Under the pieces are notes generated by a model, which was not told where the DNA came from, did no database searches, and saw only the letters and a list, made by a program, of their open reading frames with translations. The position numbers and the translations under genes were made by a program. A stretch of 63,998 nucleotides of DNA, the filler included, from Sanchytrium tribonematis (taxonomy: Eukaryota): assembly GCA_018985235.1 (NCBI GenBank). It is 16 parts of 16 records of this genome, joined end to end, with 100 filler letters (N's around TTAATTAATTAA, not from the genome) between each part and the next. Parts side by side here need not be neighbours in the genome. Positions count along the whole stretch, not along the records: positions 34,215 to 52,499 come from JADGIG010000117.1; positions 52,600 to 54,460 come from JADGIG010001188.1; positions 54,561 to 56,420 come from JADGIG010001189.1; 13 more parts are not named here. The stretch is one strand, 5' to 3'. Below are positions 44,688 through 56,520 of the stretch, piece by piece (the stretch's first letter is position 1; each line of letters opens with the position of its first letter).

Positions 44688-46179
44688 ATGTTATTAAGAT
44701 TCTCTAGACTGGCGAGTAAAATAATCAAGGTGCCTTCTATGGGAGACTCTATATCAGAAGGTACACTTAAAGGATATAATAAGAAGATTGGCGACTTTGT
44801 TACTGCTGATGAAGAGATTGCTCAAGTCGAAACAGACAAGGTGGATGTCCCCATTAATTCTCCATTTGCCGGGAAATTAGTGAAATTTTTTGCAGAAGAA
44901 GACACTACCGTTTTGGTAGGTCAAGATCTGTTAGAAATCGACACAGAGGCAAAAAACGACGTGAAAATCGGTTCAGAAGTATCGAAGCAAAAAATAGAAG
45001 AAAAGTCAACGAAGAAAGACGAAAGCCCAGATTTAAAGATTAGCTTTTCCACCAATGCTAAAATTTCAGTCGTTAAGGTTCCATCTTTAGCAGATTCAAT
45101 AAAAGAAGGCACTTTAAAAGAATGGGCAAAAAAGGAAGGCGAATATGTCTCCCAAGATGAATTGCTAGCTTCTGTGGAGACTGATAAGGTCGATGTCCCA
45201 ATTAACTCTCCAACTAGTGGCACTTTAAAAAAAATATTAGTTCAAGAAAATACAAAAGTAACTGTAGGAGAAAATATTGCAGAAATCGATTCCAATGGGC
45301 AGCCAAATGAAAGCGCTTCATTTTCAAAAAAACCCTCAACATCTTCTTTGACAACACCTGCGGAAAAGCCTACAGCTAAAGTTGTTGAGCCAAAACCGGT
45401 AATTAAATCAGATCAATCAAAACCATTGAAAGATAGCAACACAAGCGCCCTTAAATTCTCACGATCCGAAGAAAGAGTCAAAATGACTAGAATGAGGCTA
45501 AAAATCGCAGAAAGATTGAAGGAATCTCAGAATAGCGCGGCGTCTTTAACCACTTTCAATGAAATTGACATGTCCAAATTATCAGATCTTAGAAAGTCTT
45601 ATAAAGACGCAGTCTTGAAGAAGTACGATATAAAGCTTGGATTTATGTCTGCTTTCTTGAAAGCATCTGCGTTGTCAATGAAAGATATACCCGAAATTAA
45701 TGCTGTCATTTCTAAGGATGAAATTGTTTATCGGGATTATGTTGATATTAGTTTCGCGGTCGCAACTCCAAAAGGACTGGTTACACCGGTTATTAGAAAT
45801 TGCGAGTCGAAATCTTTGGTCGATATCGAAAAAGAGGTCGCCCTTCTTGGAGAAAAAGCAAAAAAGAATCAAATAACGTTGGAAGATTTAGCCGGTGGTA
45901 CTTTCACTGTTAGCAATGGTGGTGTTTTTGGAAGTTTGTATGGAACACCTATAATTAATCTTCCACAATCTGCAATTTTAGGTATGCACGCTATAAAGGA
46001 AAGGCCTGTTGCTATTAATGGAGAGGTTTCTTATTTTAATGTAGGTTGTGATTCGCCCGATGATGTATGTTGCGCTAACTTACGACCATAAATTGATCGA
46101 TGGTAGAGAAGCTGTTACATTCCTAGTTACCTTGAAAAACTATATAGAGGATCCTAGCAGGATGTTATTAGAAATTTAA
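44688..46179 (+). CDS. KGD2: 2-oxoglutarate dehydrogenase E2 (dihydrolipoamide succinyltransferase), two lipoyl domains, one 19-nt intron
   Basis: Two [13 protein letters not shown] lipoyl motifs, [31 protein letters not shown]. The spliced end is [24 protein letters not shown]...MLLEI*. Confidence 0.95.
46026..46044 (+). other. 19-nt intron GTTTCTTATTTTAATGTAG
   Basis: Removal restores the catalytic TYDH..IDG motif of E2o. Confidence 0.95.
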
Positions 46180-46245
46180 TAAATTGAAACTACACATATT
46201 TATGATTTTTGTCTGCAATCAGCCACACTTTTTTAATTTTTAAAT

Positions 46246-49200
46246 ATGGGAAACCAACCCAGTCAACCAAATGACGAAACTAGAAGAATAGAGAGAAAGA
46301 TAGATCAAATGGGAAGTGATCACACACTGGATAAATCAAAAAGTGAATCAAGAGATAGTAATAACAGCATTTCGATATCCAGCCCCGAAATATCTCCAAT
46401 AGGACAAAGAAGAATGAGTATGTCGAAAAGAAAGAAGACAGGAATGAAGTCACCTGTTAAGGCTATTGAGGAAGAGCTACCACGTCCGGCTTCTGATGAA
46501 ATTGATAAGTTGTTAGAGGTGGCCATGGATGATTTAAATTTACCGGCTGACAAAAAAGATGAATTTAGGGCTTTCGATGCAGATCGAAAATGGGAGCTTA
46601 TTAAAAGAAATAAAACTGACTCCGACGAAACTGCCAGATTGGAGATTCAAGCCAAATTAAAAGGCCTTAATCCAGATTTCCCATTGGTCGAAGCGAAAGA
46701 TGTGCTTGTTACATTAAGATCAAAACCGATTAGATGGATTCATCTCTTTATAGAAATGGAAGGTTTGTCGGTGATAATGGAATCTTTAAAACGATTCCAA
46801 GAATTAGGAGAACCTTCGAAGGAAGAAGTATGTATAAGGTGTGTAAGAGCATTAATGAATACAAACAAAGGATTTTTATCCATATTGGAATATCCTAATT
46901 CTTTATCAGCATTTTGCAACGGAATTAGTTCAAAATCGTTGAAGGCAAAAATTCAGGCACTAGATATTTTATCCGCCGTTTGTATGGTTCCGGGGCAGCA
47001 CAAAAATGTAATTGATTCTTTGGTATTTACAAAATCTGATTTTGAAGGACGATTTCAACGATTGATTCCATGCTTTATAGATATTAATAGTAAAAATAAC
47101 GGAAATGTTACGACTGCTGAAATCGATTTAATGGTTAGTGGTTTTGCTTTTATTAATTCGGTATTACACTCTGAAAATGTTCCTTCTATGGAGTATCGAA
47201 TGCACCTTCGGAAAGAGTTATTCGATATAGGATTTGGTCAAATTGTGGAAAAATTAACCGGATTTGAACATCCTGAAATTCAGGCTCAAATTGAGATATT
47301 CAGTGATGCAACCGAAGAGGATGAGAAGGAACTGGCGGACAGAATCGACCAACCAAAATTGAAATTAGCACAATCAGAGGAATTATATACCATGATTTTT
47401 AACTCTTATAGAAATTCTAAACTGTGGAAACCGTTTACAAATATATTATTTTCATTATTACTAACTCCGGATAATGTTCACCAGAAAGGTCGGATAATTC
47501 TTGCAATTGATTTTATTCTGAGACAGGTGGTGATTCAAAAAGACGGGGAAGACCCTGACCCTCTGGTGAGATTATTAAAATTTGATGTTAGAACTCTTTA
47601 TGATAATATTAAAGATTTAGAACTATCAGTTGAAAATGACTCAAAAAAAACTGGAACAATCGATTCCCAAAAATTAAAGGATACTTTAAAGGTAATAATC
47701 AAAGATGCTGATATACTCAATCAAATTTGGAACGCCTTCGAAAAAGAAGGATTTGTTGGGCCTGATGAAAACGATCAAGGAAAATCAGTTTTGAGTTTGA
47801 ATGAAGATTTTCAAAAATTGGAACCAAAGAATGGTCTGGATAAAATAACTGAAAATAGTGAAGAAAGAGTTAATAACGCAGCACTGCCAAACTCTGAAGT
47901 TCAATTGCAAAACTCCAGTAAGTCAAGCGTTCCTCCTCCGCCACCATTTGAAGAAGCTTCAAACGGACCACCTCCTCCACCCATGATGGGAGGACCGCCT
48001 CCGCCTCCTCCATTTGGAGACATGTCTTCCGGGCCGCCTCCACCGCCTGGTATGGGTGGTCCACCACCACCTCCAGGAATGGGTGGGCCCCCACCTCCTC
48101 CTGGATCGTTCTTTGGTCAAATTTTTGGAGGCCTCCCTCAGAAAAAGACCAATTTGTCAACAAAGCCAATGAAGCCCTTACAATGGACAAAATTGCCCAA
48201 CCCTAGGATAAAAGGTACGGTATGGAAAGACATTGATGACGAAAAGGTCAGGCCAATACTTAATTGGACAGATTTTGAAGATTTGTTTGAAAATCAGCAA
48301 AAAGACAAGAAACAGAAAGAAGACAAAGATGACAAGCCTAAAGAATTGAAATTGATTGATGCAAAGAAATCTCAGAATCTTAACATTTTACTTAAAAATA
48401 TCAAATTACCCATACAAGACATCAGAAAAGCTATATTTAGTGTTAATACAGCTGTTTTATCTCTCGAAGTTATTAACCAACTCTTAAAGTTTATCCCCAC
48501 AAAAGAAGAATTGGATTTACTGAGGAAAAATTTGGACAAAAAAGATTTATTTGGAGACGCCGAGAGATTTTTTGCGGAAATAATGGATATCAACATGTAT
48601 GAAGACAGACTTAAGTCCATTGCGTTTCGAGAAAATTTTGAGGACCACATGAAAGAAGTGGAAAATCTTATCAAAAAATCTAGAATGGCATGTACCGAAC
48701 TTAAAACCAGCGAGAAGTTCAAAAAAATTCTTCAAGTCACATTGGCTTTGGGAAATCACATGAATAGTGGACAAAAAGCGGGAGCTTATGGTTTTACGAT
48801 ATCTTCACTTTTAAAATTATCAGACACAAAATCCAAGTTGCCATCTCGCCGCTATACTCTCTTGCATTTTCTAGACGATATAATTGAAACAAAGTTCCCG
48901 GAGTGTTCTGATTTTGTGGCTGATATTGGAAGCGTGGAGGAAGCTGTTAAAGTTAAATTTAACGATATTCGGGGTCAATTAGGCAATATTAAGAGTAACG
49001 TGGATGATCTTCGTAAAACTGTAAATGAATTGGCAAAGTCTAGTAGTCATGACAAAAATGATAAATTTTATGGAATATTTGAGGCATTTTTAAAACGAGC
49101 AGACTCTAGAGTTGCAGCTGCTGAAAATGAATTAGTCGAAGCGGAAGCAACTTTTGAGCAGACAGCCGACTTCTTTGCAGAGGACCCGAAATCTACCACA

Positions 49201-49729
49201 CCTGAAGAATTTTTTTCCATATTTCAGACATTCATAACATTATATCAGCAGGCGCATCGAGAAAACCAAGAATACATCGCGCGAATAAAAGAATTAGAAA
49301 AGCGGGAATTGAGAAAAAGGGTAAATTTTAATAATTTAGCAAATGGAAGAAGAAAAACTCAGAAAACTTCAAGGGCCATCCGCTGCTGGAGGGCTTGGTA
49401 AGAAGGAGAAGGGAGAATTTGACGACTTGATTAGTTCCATCAAGTCAGGAAAAGCATTCATGCAAAAAAAACCTGACAAACTTATGAAGAAGAAAAAATC
49501 AAACATCTCAATAACAGAGCCAAAGTCTCTTTCCCAAAAGAGTAGCTCTAGTTTTGTTGCGGAATTAAAAGAAGTTCAGAATGGTGAATCACAATCATTA
49601 AGACAAAAATCAAGCACTGCGCCCTCCACCGCCGCTGATTTGTTTAAAGATAGGGAAATAAAACGGAATCCTAGCGACCGGTTATCTAAAACGGACGAGA
49701 TGATGAAGAAAATGAATCAACGCATGTAA
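46246..49729 (+). CDS. Diaphanous-related formin (GBD/FH3, FH1, FH2, DAD), one 19-nt intron
   Basis: Poly-Pro FH1, MKPLQWTK, LALGNHMNSG..GAYGF..SSL.KL. DAD GEFDDLISSIKSGKAF lies in exon 2. Confidence 0.93.
49321..49339 (+). other. 19-nt intron GTAAATTTTAATAATTTAG
   Basis: Joins ELRKR to QMEEEK in frame, attaching the DAD motif. Confidence 0.9.
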
Positions 49730-49757
49730 AAATAAAATAATACTTTCGAAACCTCCG

Positions 49758-51434
49758 ATGACAAAATTGTCATTAGAAGAATGTGTTGTGGGTAAAATAA
49801 AATCTTGCAACACAAGGTGGATGTCGAATATTAGACTTAATGATAGTGATTTATACCAAAAAAAAGTCCGAAAACCTCTAATGGAAGGGAAGCCGACTAG
49901 GAAACTTCCAACGTACAACATGAGTCTCGAGAAAGGACATTTAAAATTCGGTCGACACATTTTGTCTCCAATAGCTTGCATTCTCAACGATGTAGATTAT
50001 ACATGGGCAACTGGTTTAGTTTGTAATTTCTTCTTGAGTGTAGACCGAAACATTTACTGCAAGGATTCTGATGTTTGCATGACAATGCCAGAGTTTGAGC
50101 ACGCTACTAAAGAATGTCAGAAGAAATGTATTAACTTAATCAGAATTCGATACGATTTCATTTATTTTGAAATTGACTGCCATAATAATTGGTTCAGAGG
50201 GATTGTTTACCAAGCAATTCGGCAATATTGCGCATTAAATAATTTAGATTTAGCAATCATCTGTTTAGATCCGGATATTCAGAAGGAAGATGAGAAGCTT
50301 TTTGTTGAAGAAATTCTCGATTTTGTCACTGATTTCATGCCAGAAGGCCTATTCAAATATTATGTAAGATCTATGGAATTTCACGATTCTTTAATCAAAG
50401 ATGAATGGCAAAATTCTAGTTTCGACAATTTGGGAGATTGCATTTGTACCATTTGTTATTTTCCTTTTTGCAATCATATCCAGCAAGGGCTTGTGCAGCA
50501 ACGATCAACTGTAAATTTTCATCAACCTTCAACACCTTGTAGCTCAAAATGCTTTCTTAATGGAGTCTTATCCTCGGATGTTGAATTTCATTATCAGTAT
50601 ACTGATTTAAATGAAACTGAGCTATTAAGCCTTTTATATAAATGCAATTCTCCATGCCTAGTTGCAAGCGTTGCGGGCATCCCGTGCTATGTTATATATA
50701 CTATAGCTTACAAATCGGGATTCAATTTAATACCCAATAAAGAATTAGCTCAAGTGGATTATGTCGATGTTGAAAATACTGGCAGATTCCACTACACGGT
50801 AACTACACTAATGAAAATCTGTATAAAAGGGAGACAAGATCATCCCAATTTGCTTTGCACATCCAACTGTATTGGACCATACATTAAATTGAGTTCTGGT
50901 TGTGATTGCACAAATGGCTGTGGAATCAATTGCGCTTGTTTCGAACGAAATAAGGAGTGTAATCCTTCTTCCTGCAATTGTTGCCAAACAAAACATAGTG
51001 TACTAGGATCTTGGAATTGCAAAAATATAGGTTTAACCTTGAGTAGAAGGAAAAAAATAGCAGTCCATAAATCAAAGGTTCACAACTACGGATTATTTAC
51101 GAAAGAGAATATTTTAGCGAATGAGCTGATTGGTGAGTATTGCGGTGAATTAATCAGTGAAAAAGAATGTGAAAGAAGAGAACCTATTTATGATTTGTTG
51201 TTTTTAAATTACATGTTTGATTTAACAAAACAGTGGATTATTGATGCTCACTACATTGGCAACGAGCTTCGTTTTGCAAATCATGATGATAGAATACACA
51301 ATTGCCTTCCAAGAGTCATGCTTTTAAGTTCTGGAGAAATTAAAATTGGCCTTTATGCTAATACAAACATTTCTAAGGGAGAAGAGTTGCTCTTTGATTA
51401 CGGAAATAATTACAAGAAACATTTAAAAGTTTAA
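49758..51434 (+). CDS. Enhancer-of-zeste-like (EZH2/KMT6) H3K27 methyltransferase
   Basis: CTIC...C..H and PCSSKCF (MCSS-like), CXC (CACFERNKECNPSSC), SET GEYCGELIS..E.ERR...YD....YMFDL, RFANH, GEELLFDYG. No post-SET domain. Confidence 0.78.
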   Translation: MTKLSLEECVVGKIKSCNTRWMSNIRLNDSDLYQKKVRKPLMEGKPTRKLPTYNMSLEKGHLKFGRHILSPIACILNDVDYTWATGLVCNFFLSVDRNIYCKDSDVCMTMPEFEHATKECQKKCINLIRIRYDFIYFEIDCHNNWFRGIVYQAIRQYCALNNLDLAIICLDPDIQKEDEKLFVEEILDFVTDFMPEGLFKYYVRSMEFHDSLIKDEWQNSSFDNLGDCICTICYFPFCNHIQQGLVQQRSTVNFHQPSTPCSSKCFLNGVLSSDVEFHYQYTDLNETELLSLLYKCNSPCLVASVAGIPCYVIYTIAYKSGFNLIPNKELAQVDYVDVENTGRFHYTVTTLMKICIKGRQDHPNLLCTSNCIGPYIKLSSGCDCTNGCGINCACFERNKECNPSSCNCCQTKHSVLGSWNCKNIGLTLSRRKKIAVHKSKVHNYGLFTKENILANELIGEYCGELISEKECERREPIYDLLFLNYMFDLTKQWIIDAHYIGNELRFANHDDRIHNCLPRVMLLSSGEIKIGLYANTNISKGEELLFDYGNNYKKHLKV

Positions 51435-51437
51435 CAT

Positions 51438-52499
51438 TTATTCGTCAAGTTCTGGATCTTCAACTAGCTTTATGCACACATTTATATGTGGCAAAACTTT
51501 TTCGCCGCATTTATATCGTGTGAGCAAATCATCTAAAAATTGCGCTGGTCCTAATTGTACAATTTGCTGTATAACGCTTTTGTACAGTTGCTGATTTACA
51601 GGGTGTTCCCTGGCCTTTCTGAAGGTATCTTTTTCACTAGTCAGAACAACTATTTTCAATTGAAGAATAATCTTTGAAAGTTGAAATAAAATTTGTTGCC
51701 TAGGCGGAGTTTTGTTTAATTTTGATGAGTATGCTGAAAAACATTTTGCTACAATATAAGGAGAGTTTGGAGGGTAGACGTATGGTACAGCTTTGTTGCT
51801 TCTGACGAACTTAAAAACACGATCTAACATAGTTAAAGCCGACACATACAACTTTTTAATATTTTGCACCACTATTTCCTCGAGCACTCCATGTTTAAAA
51901 CTGCATTTTTTTAAAACCAAAAATGCGAATTGGCTCATTAATTCGATGGTTTCTGCAGTCATTTCACCTTCTTTCTCAGGAAGCCTTTCGTGGTAATTTT
52001 TTGATTCTTTGCTGTACTTCAAGGCAGAGTCTATATCTCCAATATCCCGATAAGATTCGCTTAACCAAAACAGGTTTGATGAAACCAACTGATCAATAGT
52101 GGTCTGATTCAATCGAAACCCGGAATTTGAGCGCAGCATAGATATTGCTTCCTCAAATGAGCAAATTGCTTCCCGAGGTTTTTTTAAAAGCAAACTCAGC
52201 ATGGCGCACTAAATAAGAAAGAATGACCTTTGTGAATTGTTCAGAAGCAATAATCCCAGGCCCAATAAACTTTTTAATCAGTTCTAGTTTTTGATTTTGG
52301 AGTGATTCCACCAATATATAGTCTTGATCACACCGGATAACAGTCTCACTTAATATTTCAAGCAATTTAATAGTAGCTGCACTTGAGTATCCTACATGAC
52401 ATTCAACAATTTGTAATGTAGACTCAACTGTTGAATTTAAATTTTTAACTGGCTCATTTTCTATGATATGAACTAAAGAATTAAAGGCTTGAGCGATTG
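51438..52499 (-). CDS. TPR-like helical protein, 5' partial, one 19-nt intron
   Basis: Frame open from the contig end. AICSFEEAISM and LSESYRDIGDIDSALKY are TPR-like. Two overlapping ORFs are joined by the intron. Confidence 0.7.
52209..52227 (-). other. 19-nt intron GTCATTCTTTCTTATTTAG
   Basis: Joins EQFTK to CAMLSLL in frame; matches the consensus. Confidence 0.82.
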
Positions 52500-52599
52500 N
52501 NNNNNNNNNNNNNNNNNNNNNNNNNNNNNNNNNNNNNNNNNNNTTAATTAATTAANNNNNNNNNNNNNNNNNNNNNNNNNNNNNNNNNNNNNNNNNNNN

Positions 52600-52698
52600 G
52601 CTAGGACCAGATATTCTAGCAGTTGGATGAACAATGCAATTGTTGCCAATGGTAACATTGCTTCCTATTGAAGCGTCTGCTGATATTATTTTTGACAT
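52600..52698 (-). CDS. Dynactin p27 (DCTN6)-like N-terminus, 3' partial
   Basis: MSKIISADASIGSNVTIGNNCIVHPTARISGP, a hexapeptide left-handed beta-helix pattern. Confidence 0.55.
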
Positions 52699-52720
52699 GT
52701 TAGAAAAATTTATTTAGGCC

Positions 52721-54460
52721 TTATAATGACTTTACGAAATCTATAAAATCCGATATTTTCTCAGGAGACTTTACGCCACGCTCTATTTCAACACCACTGC
52801 TAGTGTCAACTCCAATGCAATTCGACGTTTCGATTGCCTCTTTAACATTATCGATATTTAATCCGCCAGCAAGAATGAATGGAATATTTTTGGGTAGGCA
52901 ATCCCATTTTATAGTACAGCCACTACCTGGCGAGACACCGTCAATGAGATACATAATAGGCTTTCTTTTACATGCGGATTCATATCTAGCGATCGACGAA
53001 GGGTCTTTTACCGCTTTTATAACAGGAACGCTAACTAAGTCTACAAAATCAAAGTTTTCTTCTCCATGTAATTGAACTATATCCAAATCACAAAGTTTTA
53101 CAATTTCTTCTATGTGAGCAAGAGTTTGATTCATAAAAACACCCACTTTAAACGGATTTTTTCCCCATAAGCAATCAGATCGCTTCCTTAAATCAATTCT
53201 TCTAGAGTGTTGTAAAATTGAGGTGTTTGAAGCCAGATTAAACGACGCCACGATCGAGGGTTTGACATAGCGCGGCGACGATTCAACAAATACAAATCCA
53301 ATCAAATCAGCACCTGCAGCAGCTTTGACTGACTCAATAGTATTAAGTCCACATATTTTGACTAACGGCAATTTCCGTTTTACTATATTCAGATCCCTGT
53401 GGCCCAAAATAGTACCTAAAAATATACTTGGATTATTTAGCATCAAAGCTTCTCCAATTAATACACCCGAGCAACCTAGCCTTTTGTATTCCAGGGCATC
53501 GTCAGGTTTGTTAATGCCACTCAAAGATATTATCTTAGTACCAACAGGCGCCAATTTCAAAATATTTGAAGAATTTGTGGGATCTACCTCAAAAGTATGC
53601 AAATTTCTATTATTAACTCCAACCAATTTACAACCTAATTCAAATGCTTTTCGAGCTTCTAATTCAGAGTAAACTTCGAGCAATACGTCCATTCCTAATA
53701 AATTGCTGTACGATATCAATGATTCAATTTCCTCCCAAGATACGGTGCCAGCAATTACCAAGATGATATCTGCTCCATATACTTTGGACTGCGCAACTTG
53801 ATATTTTGATACAATGAAATCTTTTCGCAAAACTAATGGTCTGTTTTCGATACTATCCAAAGCAGTCCGAATACGCAAAAGATCATTCAAGCTACCCAAA
53901 AAATAATGTGGCTCTGTAAGAACGCTAATAACCGCCGCACCCGCATTTGCGTATTGCAAAGCTTGGTGTATTACTGAAGTTTGGTTGTTAATAATTCCTT
54001 TGCTTGGACTAGCTCTTTTGATTTCAGCAAATACAGCAAAATCGACGTTGGAGAGCTTCTTAGTTTGGGGTGAATATGGCAAATTATCTAAAAGATCCTC
54101 AAATTTTTCTCCCGAAATATCCATGGTGAATGCCAAATCCTTTCGCGTCTCGGTTATAATTTGTTCTACAATTGAGGGTGTAGATTGTTTTTCATCTTTG
54201 TTAGGCCAATAACCGCCGGAGTATTTCAAAAAATTACTTATCATTTTTTTACCATGTTCGCTCTTGATACTCTCGGGATGAAATTGAACAGACTCAATGG
54301 TGAAAGTCTTGTGTCTAATGCTCATAAGTAATCTATCATTTGTGAAACTGCTTTCTTCAAGCTCATCACAATTTGCAACTCCCAGCAAGGAGTGATATCT
54401 CATGGCAATTAAAGGATTTGGACAATCCTTGAAGAGACCTTTGTTGTCGTGCATAATAAC
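52721..54460 (-). CDS. trpC: Multifunctional tryptophan biosynthesis protein TrpG-TrpC-TrpF (filamentous-fungal trpC/trp-1 type), 5' partial
   Basis: RYHSL and QFHPES (GATase); AEIKRASPSKG, LRKDF, GVNNRNL (IGPS); VKICG, VQLHG, LAGGL, GVDTSSGVE (PRAI). Confidence 0.93.
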   Translation of the reverse strand, partial: VIMHDNKGLFKDCPNPLIAMRYHSLLGVANCDELEESSFTNDRLLMSIRHKTFTIESVQFHPESIKSEHGKKMISNFLKYSGGYWPNKDEKQSTPSIVEQIITETRKDLAFTMDISGEKFEDLLDNLPYSPQTKKLSNVDFAVFAEIKRASPSKGIINNQTSVIHQALQYANAGAAVISVLTEPHYFLGSLNDLLRIRTALDSIENRPLVLRKDFIVSKYQVAQSKVYGADIILVIAGTVSWEEIESLISYSNLLGMDVLLEVYSELEARKAFELGCKLVGVNNRNLHTFEVDPTNSSNILKLAPVGTKIISLSGINKPDDALEYKRLGCSGVLIGEALMLNNPSIFLGTILGHRDLNIVKRKLPLVKICGLNTIESVKAAAGADLIGFVFVESSPRYVKPSIVASFNLASNTSILQHSRRIDLRKRSDCLWGKNPFKVGVFMNQTLAHIEEIVKLCDLDIVQLHGEENFDFVDLVSVPVIKAVKDPSSIARYESACKRKPIMYLIDGVSPGSGCTIKWDCLPKNIPFILAGGLNIDNVKEAIETSNCIGVDTSSGVEIERGVKSPEKISDFIDFVKSL

Positions 54461-54560
54461 NNNNNNNNNNNNNNNNNNNNNNNNNNNNNNNNNNNNNNNN
54501 NNNNTTAATTAATTAANNNNNNNNNNNNNNNNNNNNNNNNNNNNNNNNNNNNNNNNNNNN

Positions 54561-55471
54561 ATATAGCACGACAAGAACTACGAGATTGCTTTGTTCATGC
54601 ATTAAATCCGGATTTAGTGACTATAAAATGGAATAAAGAATTAATTTCATTTATTGAATCTGACCATGTTGACATTACATTTAAAGACAATACGACATAC
54701 CAAGTATCATTATTAGCCGGATGTGATGGGATTTATTCAAAAGTACGCCAATTATTATTACCAAATCAATCACTCAATTTCTTAAAGACTTTTGTGATGC
54801 TTGGAATTGTAAAATATCAAACACAAATGCATCAACGAGTGATTCAAATGTCTAATGGATCTACTAGGATATTCTGTATGCCATTTAACAAGGTAGAAAT
54901 GATGTGGCAACTCTCTTTTCCAATATCTCATGAAAATGAAGTAAGTGGTGATTTGCAGCAAATAGCACTGGATCAATGTAATGGATTTTATCCATCCATT
55001 ATTAATATGATCCGATCTACTCCATTAGACTTGATCACTGGATATCCCGTGTTTGATCGCGATCCTCTTGATTTTACAGATTTAAAATCATCCAAAATCA
55101 CTCTATTGGGTGATGCAGCCCATCCGATGAGCCCATTTAAGGGACAAGGTGCAAATCAAGCCATATTAGATGCTGTCTCATTTGTAAATTGTCTATTAAA
55201 TTCAAAGCAACCCTTTTCAGACTATGCACAAGAAATGACCGATAGAACTAGAAATAAAGTCATACTAAGTCGTGAATCTATTGATATTCTACATGATAAT
55301 CAATTTACCAATACGCATTATCAATTAATAAGACGAGAATATGCAAATATTAATGAACATTTGAAATTGTATGAATATTTAAAATCTAATCAAATGGGTA
55401 TTTGGGACATGAAAAAGATTGATGAATACTTGAAACTACAGTTAAATAGAGTCAATTCAATAAAAAACTAG
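54561..55471 (+). CDS. FAD-dependent monooxygenase, 5' partial
   Basis: LAGCDGIYSKVR and TLLGDAAHPMSPFKGQGANQA. Confidence 0.88.
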
Positions 55472-55522
55472 TCACATTCTCACAATGCAGCACCCTTTTA
55501 CTTTCTTTTTTTAAACAGGGGA

Positions 55523-56420
55523 ATGTTGTTGTTCCTTTTGCCATTTGTATTTGGTGATATATCTGCATCTGACTATGAAGTCAAGGAATGGAATAAGCTT
55601 TATAAGCTCCAATATCCAATTTATAATGTGATCCCGAACTTGGACAATTTAAATATTGCATTTGACAATTTATTAGGAAATGAGACATACATGAGTACCC
55701 TGACTGTTCTACAACGATCAGAATTTATCAGAGTGCATATGGATTGTAATAAGCTATTTAAAATTGAAAAATCCCACGAATATTCAAAATTATCTCAATT
55801 TACCGAATATTTTGCGGGAGACCCACATACTTTAGAGTACTTCTCAAAGAGATGTTCTATTGATAAATGTCTAGATAAAATTAAGGCGAATATTAAATAT
55901 ATGATTGCGTTTGCGCAACGTCGTTTACTCAAAATTATTAGAAAAGTGAAATATTTAAATTTTGAGAAACAATTGATCATGAATTACCAGAATTCAAAGA
56001 ATTTCAATGATATTTATAATGTAATTATCGCTCAGTTTTCTATAGTTGATGGTCTACGTATTGTCCCATTTGGAATTAATGCCTTTTTGTATTTATTCTG
56101 GAACGGAGATTTTGAATCTTCATACTCTGAATTCCAGTACAATGCTATTAAAAAACAAGTTAACTTTCAAAATACTGCATTCGGTGTGACAACTTACGAC
56201 TTTATGGATAGTTACGGATATTATTTGGCAATTGTGGGTAGAATATATTCGAATGAGCACACTTCGATGCTTCAAAATAAGAAAGCATTTTTCAATTTAA
56301 TTCATTCCATTGAGGATGATAAATTGTACATGGATCTGGTCACATTTGGATATCTGTTGAATTACTTTGAAGATTCAAAAGTAGATTTGGGAAAGCGAAA
56401 AAGGATCGAGCCTGAATATA
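55523..56420 (+). CDS. Secreted hypothetical protein, 3' partial
   Basis: Short signal peptide MLLFLLPFVFG; ORF open to the contig end. Confidence 0.6.
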
Positions 56421-56520
56421 NNNNNNNNNNNNNNNNNNNNNNNNNNNNNNNNNNNNNNNNNNNNTTAATTAATTAANNNNNNNNNNNNNNNNNNNNNNNN
56501 NNNNNNNNNNNNNNNNNNNN

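Noticed and set aside
47930..48105. GC-rich CCA/CCT repeats
   Set aside because: They encode the formin FH1 poly-proline tract; not a CRISPR or satellite.
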